A stretch of 64,000 nt of DNA. Origin: a virus. The DNA is taken from IMG/VR virus record IMGVR_UViG_3300025732_000017; one strand, 5' to 3'. The notes below the pieces were generated by a model that saw only the letters and a list, made by a program, of their open reading frames with translations, was not told the DNA's origin and ran no database searches. Below are positions 56,043 through 64,000 of the stretch, one piece after another. The position numbers and the translations under genes were made by a program. The number at the start of each line of letters is the position of its first letter. Position 1 is the first letter of the stretch.

Positions 56043-56510
56043 ATGGAAAAGTACTTCATCAAGCCCACCGAAGGATTCCATTTCTCCAAAAATGGACTGA
56101 AGATGGTTCAGGAGCACTACGGCGGAACATATGTCGGATACTTCTGCACGAAGCGTCGCGACGGAAGCTGGAATGATACTCCTGTAGATGTTTTCTATCA
56201 GCCGAATCCTGATGTGTCCAAGGGACATTCACATTACTTTGGTGTGTTTCGTCGTGATGTTGGCGTGTACATTACCAATGCGATTTCGGTGACTGAGCAG
56301 CCGATGCTTGGTGTTGTTGCGAACGATGGCGAAGTTGTAGTGTCCAGATATAGACATGATTATAGGAGGAGCAATGATGGATCCGTATTCATTGATGGGG
56401 GTCGAGATTATACTAAGTATGGCTGGGCTAATTCTTCTGGTGATGTTGGCGGTGTTCTACCGAAGCTGACCCAGGTCAAGATCGTGGAAGACAAGCTGGT
56501 CGCAGAATGA
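56043..56510 (+). CDS. Conserved phage hypothetical protein
   Basis: PVDVFYQ.NP...GHSHYFG, SRYRHDY, FIDGGRDY. Confidence 0.65.
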   Translation: MEKYFIKPTEGFHFSKNGLKMVQEHYGGTYVGYFCTKRRDGSWNDTPVDVFYQPNPDVSKGHSHYFGVFRRDVGVYITNAISVTEQPMLGVVANDGEVVVSRYRHDYRRSNDGSVFIDGGRDYTKYGWANSSGDVGGVLPKLTQVKIVEDKLVAE

Positions 56511-57150
56511 TCGTCCAGCTGCATCCTTCCATTCCTGTTGTCACACCGCAGGGTAATGCTCAGGCCATGATGGTAATTGATTATGGTCCTGAGCATGATC
56601 TTATTTGGGTTTGTTTTCTTGACAGCAATGGTCAATGCTGGTCATATAGAAATTCGGAGATTCGTGGACAGAAGAATATAACGATGGGGCGTTTTGATGT
56701 TGAAACACGATAATTCTCCTCTAGTCAGAACCAATACACAGATCAAGGACAATCTGCGAGAATTGTCCAAAGCAATTCATGCATATCAGCAGTCATTGGA
56801 CAATGCTGTCGCGGAGATTGAGTTTCTTGAAAAGCAGAGGCTTCAGCTGCAATATCAAATTGAATTTGCATTTACATTTCCTGATGGCGAGTCTTTGTCA
56901 TTGGAACAGTTGGCTGACGATTATTATCGTCTGAAAAAGCAGGTCGGTGAATGGTGACTGAATTTGATCGCATCATGAACAAGATCTCGGATCGTCAGGA
57001 TGGTCGCATCTATCAGATGTGGCGAGCATGGATGGTGATGCCCGAGCCTAGATTACAGTTCCATGAAATTATCTCCAGGGAGTTTGGTTTGTCATTGAAT
57101 GAGGCCTACATACTGGTGAGGCACTTATTTCCTTCAAACAGGAGTGGTCA

Positions 57151-58098
57151 ATGAAAAAAATCATAATCTCTACACTATCAGTTCTCTTTAGTGCGTCCGT
57201 TTACGCTCAAACATTAGATCCAAACTTGAAAGCATACTCATCGGTACCAGCTGTATCAGGAACCATTAAGTCAATCGGTTCTGATACACTCAACAATCTG
57301 ATGACACTTTGGGCTGAAGGTTTTAGAAAAGTTTATCCAAATGTTCAGATTGAAATTGAAGGAAAAGGTTCTTCTACTGCTCCACCAGCTCTCGTAGCAG
57401 GAACAGCTCAGTTTGGTCCAATGAGTCGCCTAATGAAAGGCGCTGAGATTGATGCATTTGAAAAGAAGTTTGGTTATAAGCCCACAGCTATCAATGTTTC
57501 CCTTGACAGTCTAGCTGTCTATGTTCACAAGGATAATCCAATCAAGTGCTTGACCCTTCAGCAAGTTGACGCCATCTTCTCCAAGAATCGTCGCGGCGGT
57601 TATGTAGGGGATATTACTAACTGGTCTCAAGTTGGTGTGACCAACGCAGGAGTCATGAGTATTTATGGTAGAAACTCTGCATCTGGAACTTATGGGTTTT
57701 TCAAGGAAACCGCTCTATTCAATGGCGACTATAAGGATTCTGTAAAGGAACAGCCAGGAAGTTCTACGGTGGTGCAAGGAGTTGCATCTGATAAAAACGG
57801 AATTGGCTATTCTGGTATTGGGTACAAGACTGCTGACGTTCGCGCAGTTCCAATTGCAAGCAAGCCAGGAAGCGAATGCTTTGAGGCAACCGAAGAAAAC
57901 GTGCTGAGTGGCGACTATCCTCTAGCAAGATTCCTCGTTGTCTATGTAAACAAGAATCCAACCCAAAAGATGGATCCTCTGAGACTTGAATTCATCAAGT
58001 TCATTCTTTCTAAAGAGGGACAAGAAGTAAACATCAAGGACGGTTACTATCCAGTAACTTCTGCAATAGTTGAAGATGAACTAAACAAAGTAAAGTGA
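57151..58098 (+). CDS. pstS: Phosphate-binding protein PstS
   Basis: SIGSDTL, GKGSSTA, GPMSR, GRNSASGTYGFF, GIGYSG, YPLARFL. Confidence 0.95.
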   Translation: MKKIIISTLSVLFSASVYAQTLDPNLKAYSSVPAVSGTIKSIGSDTLNNLMTLWAEGFRKVYPNVQIEIEGKGSSTAPPALVAGTAQFGPMSRLMKGAEIDAFEKKFGYKPTAINVSLDSLAVYVHKDNPIKCLTLQQVDAIFSKNRRGGYVGDITNWSQVGVTNAGVMSIYGRNSASGTYGFFKETALFNGDYKDSVKEQPGSSTVVQGVASDKNGIGYSGIGYKTADVRAVPIASKPGSECFEATEENVLSGDYPLARFLVVYVNKNPTQKMDPLRLEFIKFILSKEGQEVNIKDGYYPVTSAIVEDELNKVK

Positions 58099-58109
58099 GG
58101 AGAAATATT

Positions 58110-58406
58110 ATGGCAAAGTATATCTTGAAGTGCATTGATGATACGAATGATGCTCTTGGAGCAACTGTGACATATGAGTTTGAAGCTGAAGAGATGACGA
58201 ATATCACATATCATCTTGCTCAGTTTCTTCGTTCAGCAGGATTCACTTGGGTTGATGATGTTGAGGTCGTAAAGGATAATTTTCTTGATGATCCCGATGC
58301 GCCTGCTGAGGACATAATTGATGATTCTTCTATCATGTATAGTGCGGGTGGTTCTGATCGTGCTGATGACAACATGTCAGTATCGCACGATAGGGATACG
58401 AAGTAA
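58110..58406 (+). CDS. Acidic hypothetical protein
   Basis: TYEFEAE...FLRSAGF.WV. Confidence 0.55.
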   Translation: MAKYILKCIDDTNDALGATVTYEFEAEEMTNITYHLAQFLRSAGFTWVDDVEVVKDNFLDDPDAPAEDIIDDSSIMYSAGGSDRADDNMSVSHDRDTK

Positions 58407-58952
58407 TCAGTCTGTTGGACGGATGTTCATTGAGATGTCTTGGCCAACCATGTGGCTTTTGAGCATCCATCCAATTTTTGCATGTTTGTCGAGGCGATCT
58501 TCTAGGTAATTGACAAGACCGAAGTTACTATCTCTCTCGGCAAAACTTCTGGCAGCAATCAACGAATCATGGGTTGAGGTGTTTGCAGCAAATAGACGAG
58601 CAAACATTGTTTTTGGGCCAGGCACTTCTGAAGAATCTGACATGGTCGACATCATTTCAAATTCCTTGAATGTGCCTGGTGCATAACTTCCCAATGCACG
58701 AATTTGTTCTGCTGTCTTGTCAATTTCTTCAAAGATCTGTTCATATAGTTTTCCAAAGAAATCGTGATATGATGAGAAGAAAGGACCCTCTACATTCCAA
58801 TGATACTTGTGTGCAAGTAGATACATGCTGAATGTATTGGCTAGAACGACATGCATTGAACGGACAAGATCTGATTTGCCCATGAATTGCTCATTGAGTT
58901 CTTGTTCCAACAAAAGTTCGGTGTTGTTTTCTTGTTCGTTCTGTTCTTCCAT
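58407..58952 (-). CDS. dps: Dps / ferritin-like DNA protection protein
   Basis: HKYHWNVEGPFF...H..F..LYE, DKTAEQIRALG, HAKIGWML; acidic N-terminal extension. Confidence 0.92.
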   Translation of the reverse strand: MEEQNEQENNTELLLEQELNEQFMGKSDLVRSMHVVLANTFSMYLLAHKYHWNVEGPFFSSYHDFFGKLYEQIFEEIDKTAEQIRALGSYAPGTFKEFEMMSTMSDSSEVPGPKTMFARLFAANTSTHDSLIAARSFAERDSNFGLVNYLEDRLDKHAKIGWMLKSHMVGQDISMNIRPTD

Positions 58953-58954
58953 GA

Positions 58955-58987
58955 TTGACATTCCCTCTCAACTATGATATATTTATA
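58955..58987. promoter_or_regulatory. Overlapping divergent promoters
   Basis: Plus strand TTGACA(58955)-N17-TATATT; minus strand TATAAATA at 58980-58987. Confidence 0.65.
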
Positions 58988-58990
58988 ACC

Positions 58991-59566
58991 ATGAATATCT
59001 TCTATCTCTCCCATGATCCCGTTCAATGTGCCGAGTGGCATGTTGACAAGCATTGCGTAAAGATGATTCTGGAAAGCGCACAGTTGCTTTCCACTGCTCA
59101 TCGCGTAATTGATGGCACGCCGACGACTGAAAAACGTCTTATTGCAGGATCGTCTCCTGCACGTTGGCGTAATATCAAGCGTTGGTCATTGCCAAATGAT
59201 TCGCGTTTTCCAAATGATCGTGATGCAATTGTCTATCAGGCTACGCACATGAATCATCCATCTGCGGTTTGGTCGCGAGAAAACAATGAAAACTACAGTT
59301 GGCTTTTCAATTTGTTTACATGCCTGATGGACGAATATTCGTATCGTTATGAGAAGGAACATGTCTGTCGTAAACTTGTTCCATATTTGCAATTTGCTCC
59401 TGCAAATATTCCTGTGAATAAGTTTACGCAGCCAACTCCTGCAATGCCAGATGAATACAAGGTGAATGGTGACAGCATTGCATCATATCACAATTATTAT
59501 CGTGGAGCCAAGGCACGAATGGCTGCGTGGAAGAAGCGTGATGTACCGTCATGGTACAATAAATAA
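58991..59566 (+). CDS. Pyrimidine-dimer DNA glycosylase (DenV family)-like protein
   Basis: MNIFYL..DP..CA..HVDKH.VKMILESAQLLSTAH, THMNHPS.VW, AMPDEYK. Confidence 0.85.
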   Translation: MNIFYLSHDPVQCAEWHVDKHCVKMILESAQLLSTAHRVIDGTPTTEKRLIAGSSPARWRNIKRWSLPNDSRFPNDRDAIVYQATHMNHPSAVWSRENNENYSWLFNLFTCLMDEYSYRYEKEHVCRKLVPYLQFAPANIPVNKFTQPTPAMPDEYKVNGDSIASYHNYYRGAKARMAAWKKRDVPSWYNK

Positions 59567-59592
59567 ATTGTATTATTTTTTGGAAATATAGA

Positions 59593-60804
59593 ATGAGTTC
59601 TACTTTTTGTGCGAGAAACTATGATTATTACTTCGTAGAGTTAGATAGACTTGTTTGGAAAATGTGTTGTCACACCACTCCAAGGACCATGGCTGCTGGT
59701 GCTGATTGGTTCAATGGTGCAGAAATGCAGGATCGTAGACATGCAGCTAGCAATAATATAAAACATAAAGACTGTCATTTTTGTTGGAAATTAGAAGATT
59801 CTGGATTTCTAAGTCCTCGTCATCATTCTTTAAAAACATATAAAGACTCCAGTGAATTTGGTAATAAAGATATTTTAGAAATAAAACTTAGTAATATTTG
59901 TGATTTAGCATGTAGATATTGTGATGCTCCATTTAGTACTATTTGGGCCCAGAGAAAAGGATCTTATGTTAAAAATGACATAAATGGTGTTCCTACGGTA
60001 CAACAATATGATAAAAAATTTATGAGTAATTTTACGTCTACTGCTGATTATAAAAAAGTTTTTCAACAATTTGTTGATTGGTTGAATAGAGAAATGCCCA
60101 GATTTACCAAAGGTCGTGGCATAACATTTACAGGTGGTGAACCATTTTTAGACAATAATTTGTACGAACTTATTGAACAATTAAATTTAAAAGACACAAG
60201 AATAGTATTTAATACAAACATAAACACACCCGAAAACAAATGGAAACAACAAACTGATTTGTTGCAAAAACTTATTGCAAAAAATAATACAGTCATGCTA
60301 AGATGTAGTATTGATGGAATTGGTGCTCAACAAGAGTGGCAAAGACAAGGCTGTGATTGGAATCTCATGAAAGAAAATTGGATGAGACTTGGTTCTTTGC
60401 CGCTAACAATGGGTGCCGCCCTTACTGTAACACCTTTAACTCTAGAAAGTATGTGTGGTGTTGGTGCTTTTGTAAAACTAACCTCAAAAAAAATGAATAA
60501 AATACCAATATGGTTTCCTTCATCTGTAGTAAATTTTCCAAAACAACTTTGTCCAATAGAATGGTTTTCTTCTTTTAAAAAAGAAATAGAGACAATGTTA
60601 AAATTGGTTAGAGCTGATACTGTATTTTCTGGTGAAGTTGTTTTAAACGAATTAAATTCTTGGCTAAGTAGTTCAAATATTCAACCTTCAATACAAGCAA
60701 AAGACATGCTTGTGTCCAAATTGGATGAAGCCGAAAAACTTTATGGTGGCGGTTCTTGGAGAGAAATCTATCCTAAAGTTGCAGAAATAGCCACAAAGAA
60801 ATAA
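59593..60804 (+). CDS. Radical SAM enzyme with twitch/SPASM-type N-terminus
   Basis: ICDLACRYC, TGGEPF, NTN, SIDG; AT-rich. Confidence 0.88.
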   Translation: MSSTFCARNYDYYFVELDRLVWKMCCHTTPRTMAAGADWFNGAEMQDRRHAASNNIKHKDCHFCWKLEDSGFLSPRHHSLKTYKDSSEFGNKDILEIKLSNICDLACRYCDAPFSTIWAQRKGSYVKNDINGVPTVQQYDKKFMSNFTSTADYKKVFQQFVDWLNREMPRFTKGRGITFTGGEPFLDNNLYELIEQLNLKDTRIVFNTNINTPENKWKQQTDLLQKLIAKNNTVMLRCSIDGIGAQQEWQRQGCDWNLMKENWMRLGSLPLTMGAALTVTPLTLESMCGVGAFVKLTSKKMNKIPIWFPSSVVNFPKQLCPIEWFSSFKKEIETMLKLVRADTVFSGEVVLNELNSWLSSSNIQPSIQAKDMLVSKLDEAEKLYGGGSWREIYPKVAEIATKK

Positions 60805-60849
60805 TAAGCATAAATAATAGCATGTTCAACTCTAACCCAGGATTATATA

Positions 60850-61107
60850 ATGCCAACGTATGACTTCATCAATGAAGAGACTGGTGAGATCTTTGAGATG
60901 CAGATGTCCATCGCTGAGAAGGAAAAGTATCTAAAGAAGAACAAGCATATCAAGCAGGCTGTGACGAAAATGTCTATCGGCGATTCAGTTCATCTTGGAA
61001 TCACGAAGCCGCCAGCCGATTTCCAAAAAGGAGTTATTGGTCGCATGAAGGAAAAGATTCATGGAAACAAGATCAATTCCAAATTCGGTATTCCGAGAGA
61101 GTGGTGA
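60850..61107 (+). CDS. FmdB-like small protein
   Basis: MPTYDF...TGEIFE..MSIAE..YL..N.HIKQ; CATAAATA at about 60809. Confidence 0.65.
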   Translation: MPTYDFINEETGEIFEMQMSIAEKEKYLKKNKHIKQAVTKMSIGDSVHLGITKPPADFQKGVIGRMKEKIHGNKINSKFGIPREW

Positions 61108-61207
61108 GTGATTAGTCCCATTTCTCCCGTGTATAGAACAGTATTCAACACCAAAAGAGGATCTCGCGAAAATGCAGGATCCTCTTTGTCATTTCAGAGA
61201 GGCGTAC

Positions 61208-61906
61208 ATGTCAAAGAAAAAGAAGAGACTGCAAAACCAGCAACAGCAAAATCATTTCTCTCTACGAACAATCTCTCCACTAACACTCAATCAATCATCA
61301 ACATTCAAGGCCTTTGAGCAGGGCAAGCACCTTCTTCTACACGGCGTCGCAGGCACAGGCAAGACATATATCTCTCTCTATCTTGCACTAAACGAGGTGC
61401 TAAACAAATCAAGATACAAACAAATAGTCATCATACGAAGTGTCGTTCCATCACGCGACATGGGATTTCTTCCAGGAACTGCAAAAGACAAAGCCAGAGT
61501 CTATGAAGATCCATACAAGATGATTTGCGATGATCTTTTCAGTCGTGGTGATGGATATGAGATTCTAAAGACCAAGAGACTTGTAGATTTCAATACGACA
61601 TCATTCTTGCGCGGTGTTACATTCAATGATGCGATCATCATTGTTGACGAATGTCAGAACATGATAGGTCAGGAATTGGATACTGTGATGACTCGCGTTG
61701 GAAACAACTGTCGTATTGTTTTCTGTGGTGACTTTAGGCAAACTGATTTGGCCAAGCATGAGGAAAAGCGAGGACTCTTGACATTCATGAATATTCTTGA
61801 TAAAATGTCTTGTTTTGAAAAGATTGAGTTCGGAAAGGAAGACATTGTTCGTTCCGCACTTGTCAAATCATACATTATTTCCAAACTGGAGTTAGGATAC
61901 GTTTGA
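61208..61906 (+). CDS. phoH: PhoH-family ATPase
   Basis: GVAGTGKT, RSVV...GFLPG, FLRG.TF, DECQN, TRVG, GD..Q.DL, DIVRS.LV. Confidence 0.95.
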   Translation: MSKKKKRLQNQQQQNHFSLRTISPLTLNQSSTFKAFEQGKHLLLHGVAGTGKTYISLYLALNEVLNKSRYKQIVIIRSVVPSRDMGFLPGTAKDKARVYEDPYKMICDDLFSRGDGYEILKTKRLVDFNTTSFLRGVTFNDAIIIVDECQNMIGQELDTVMTRVGNNCRIVFCGDFRQTDLAKHEEKRGLLTFMNILDKMSCFEKIEFGKEDIVRSALVKSYIISKLELGYV

Positions 61907-62068
61907 TATGTTGATTTATGCTGCGCCTTTGATCATTTGGATGATCATGCAATTAATGAGGACAATCATGCTCACTTGGCCAAATGCATTCAATGCTTGG
62001 ATGTGCGTCTTTACATATTTGGCAATTGGATTGATTTTCCTAAACTTCTTGTTTTCATTGGCACAGTA

Positions 62069-62722
62069 ATGAAGAAGTTTCGTCATGCATTTGTGAATCT
62101 TCCGCAGTTGACGGAAGAATATATTGACGGAAGGAGACACTACAAGACTCCAGAAGGTAATGTGTATCCTTCCGTCACTACCATTCTCTCGCGTCTACCA
62201 AACGAAAGTTTGCGTGAGTGGCAAAAGAGAGTTGGTGAAGAAGAAGTAAATCGTGTTTCCAAAGTATCTGCTCGTCGTGGCACCAATCTTCATGAAATAT
62301 GTGAGCGATATCTATTGAATGAAGAAAGACCGATGCGTGGACACATGCCGGATGTTCAAGGCATGTTTGTAGAATTGTGCAAGTATATTGATCGGATAGA
62401 TGAGATTTATGCGATTGAAGCACAGTTGTATTGTGACACATATCAATTTGCCGGACGATGCGATGTCATTGGTACATTTGATGGGCATCCTGCAATCATG
62501 GACTTCAAGACTACGAAGTCTGAAGTTGATTCCAGCATGGATAAGGTCAAGAAGTATTTCATGCAGTTATCCGCATATTCTCTTGCGTTTGAGGAAAGAA
62601 CTGGTCAGGAAATAAATCTTGGTGTGCTGTTGTTTGCATCCAATGAGACTGAACCTAGTTGCATTCAAGCGGACTTGACCAAGTACAAGATGGAATTTAT
62701 TTCAGTTCTTGACAATCCCTAA
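62069..62722 (+). CDS. PD-(D/E)XK exonuclease of T4-like phages
   Basis: YPSVTTILS, W.KRVG, RGT.LH, AGRCD, IMDFKT, QLSAY. Confidence 0.9.
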   Translation: MKKFRHAFVNLPQLTEEYIDGRRHYKTPEGNVYPSVTTILSRLPNESLREWQKRVGEEEVNRVSKVSARRGTNLHEICERYLLNEERPMRGHMPDVQGMFVELCKYIDRIDEIYAIEAQLYCDTYQFAGRCDVIGTFDGHPAIMDFKTTKSEVDSSMDKVKKYFMQLSAYSLAFEERTGQEINLGVLLFASNETEPSCIQADLTKYKMEFISVLDNP

Positions 62723-62737
62723 ATATTAGATTATACT
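62709..62737 (+). promoter_or_regulatory. sigma70-type promoter of the tmRNA gene
   Basis: TTGACA-N17-TATACT. Confidence 0.8.
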
Positions 62738-62743
62738 ATGGAT

Positions 62744-63071
62744 ATTGCTGTTGATGACGACGCAATAAGCAGGCTGGACCCGGCTTCAATGCCGGCATCT
62801 CCACCAGTAGATACAATGTGAGGGGCTAGTTGCATGGCACACGCGAACAGAGTGCAACCCATCACATAATAGTCGCGATAAAGGTGATGAGCATTGTATC
62901 TACTAATGGGGATGTAAGGGATCGACAGATGCGTAAAGGTTGTCGGAGGTAATCGGTAAGGAACGACCGTCAATTAGTCCAAACAATAGATGCAAACGAT
63001 AATTACGCATCTGAGATGGCTCTAGCAGCCTGAACGGGGTTCGGTGGGGACCTGGCAACAGAATCCCACCA
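62744..63071 (+). ncRNA. ssrA: Circularly permuted two-piece tmRNA (alphaproteobacterial type)
   Basis: Acceptor piece ends ...CATCTCCACCA (62806); coding piece starts GGGGATG (62908) giving G3:U70; tag 62992-63033 = ANDNYASEMALAA*; 3' tail GGTGGGGA...CAACAGAATCCCACC. Confidence 0.93.
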
Positions 63072-63288
63072 CTTTCATAAATCGTAGAGGAGTAATCACG
63101 ATGACTGAAGTATCTTGCTATGTTATGCGACCATTGTCTTTCGCAACTGATAACGAATGCACCTATAAGAATCTGCGTTCGGTCAATTTGAATCGTGCCA
63201 AGAAGCAGAAGAATGTCTATAAACTTTCTTATGGACAGTATGGCACGGAAAATTATGTTTGCTATCTAGCAACACGCGACTAATTACC

Positions 63289-63894
63289 ATGAAGAAACTA
63301 CTGGCAATAGGATTAGTCCTATTGGCTAGCACTCTTGCTTTGAGACAGTATCCATACGATACTGCGCCAAAAGCCTATGCTCAATTACCCGACACAGACA
63401 AGGTTTATGAGTATAGACACGAACTTCCAGATCTTAGCGAGTATAAGCTGGAAGAGCCTGAGATCAAGATGGTATATGTTGATCCGAAGGAAAGAGAGTG
63501 TTTGGCTAAGGCGATATATTGGGAGGCTCGCAATCAGTCCCTTGATGGAAAGATTGCGGTTGGCTTTGTCGTGATCAATCGTGTCAATGCTGGTCTATGG
63601 CATGACAGCGTTTGCAAGGTCGTGTTTCAAGGTTGCCAGTTCTCTTGGGTTTGCACAGCAAATGCAAAGAAGAATCCTGCAAATAACAAGAACTACGACG
63701 AGCAGATTGCGTGGGCTGAATCAATTGCCCTTGCAAACGAGTTACTTTCAGAGTATAATGAAATTCAAGACGTTACATATGGTGCGGTTTTCTTTCATGC
63801 TCACTATGTGAGACCAGATTGGTCAAAGTGGAAGAAGGTTGAACGTACTGTGCGTATTGATGATCATATCTTTTATCGTTTGAGGTCCATGTAA
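63289..63894 (+). CDS. Cell wall hydrolase (SleB/Hydrolase_2)
   Basis: CLAKAIYWEAR, AVGFVVINRV, VCKVV.Q..QFSW, GAVFFHA.YV.P.W, IDDHIFY. Confidence 0.92.
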   Translation: MKKLLAIGLVLLASTLALRQYPYDTAPKAYAQLPDTDKVYEYRHELPDLSEYKLEEPEIKMVYVDPKERECLAKAIYWEARNQSLDGKIAVGFVVINRVNAGLWHDSVCKVVFQGCQFSWVCTANAKKNPANNKNYDEQIAWAESIALANELLSEYNEIQDVTYGAVFFHAHYVRPDWSKWKKVERTVRIDDHIFYRLRSM

Positions 63895-64000
63895 TGCCCA
63901 CTAAGGATGAAATGCTTTCCTTTGCCAAAAACATTGAAAGCATCGTGAAGGAAAAAGACCTAAACTACATTGATGCCATCACGCATTTTTGTGAGGTCAA
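63894..64000 (+). CDS. gp33: Late transcription coactivator gp33 (partial, runs off the window)
   Basis: F..NIE.IV.EK.LNYIDAI.HFCE; TAATG overlap. Confidence 0.75.
   Translation, partial: MPTKDEMLSFAKNIESIVKEKDLNYIDAITHFCEV

Noticed and set aside
23343-58955. ORF-track starts at TTG codons such as 23343, 44885, 49175-region and 58955
   Set aside because: These TTG/ATG positions fall inside promoter elements; the real starts are downstream ATGs after the RBS or TSS
62731-63283. ORFs 62731..62973 (-) and 63044..63283 (+)
   Set aside because: The first overlaps the tmRNA antisense; the second begins within the tmRNA 3' tail, and only its downstream part could be a small gene, which I cannot support

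Overview
This is a 64-kb segment of a large T4-like lytic phage. T4-type markers include RNase H, a DenA-like nuclease, the start of gp33, PhoH and TATAAATA late promoters. The host is probably an alphaproteobacterium, inferred from a circularly permuted two-piece tmRNA with tag ANDNYASEMALAA. Layout: (1) 0.6-11 kb, an AT-rich enzyme/transporter island with a radical SAM enzyme, two PP-loop proteins, TctA and a TctC-like protein, two HxD...H dioxygenases, a carbamoyltransferase and a family-5 solute-binding protein. (2) 13.2-21.4 kb, a tRNA array (33 tRNAs, plus one at 25.5 kb, covering all 20 amino acids) interleaved with many non-tRNA structured RNAs, a GIY-YIG gene, an HNH gene and a sulfotransferase/APS-kinase pair. 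(3) 21.5-35 kb, conserved T4-like and auxiliary genes. (4) 35.6-50.7 kb, small early genes, many preceded by a repeated ~80-bp extended sigma70-type promoter; the 41-50.7 kb part is visibly GC-rich. (5) Four clusters of tandem, translationally coupled 'xNQV/xDQV' tetrapeptide-repeat microproteins, two of which flank a DUF6745-like gene. (6) 52.5-64 kb, pstS, dps, a DenV-like gene, a second radical SAM, phoH, an exonuclease, the tmRNA, a cell-wall hydrolase and the start of gp33. Best candidates for undescribed biology are the QV-repeat microprotein family with its DUF6745-like gene, the three RNA modules closed by 22-bp stems in the tRNA array, the tmRNA with a long structured intervening segment, and the stop-codon-anchored promoter cassette array. 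All family assignments come from motif recognition by eye; no database searches were run.
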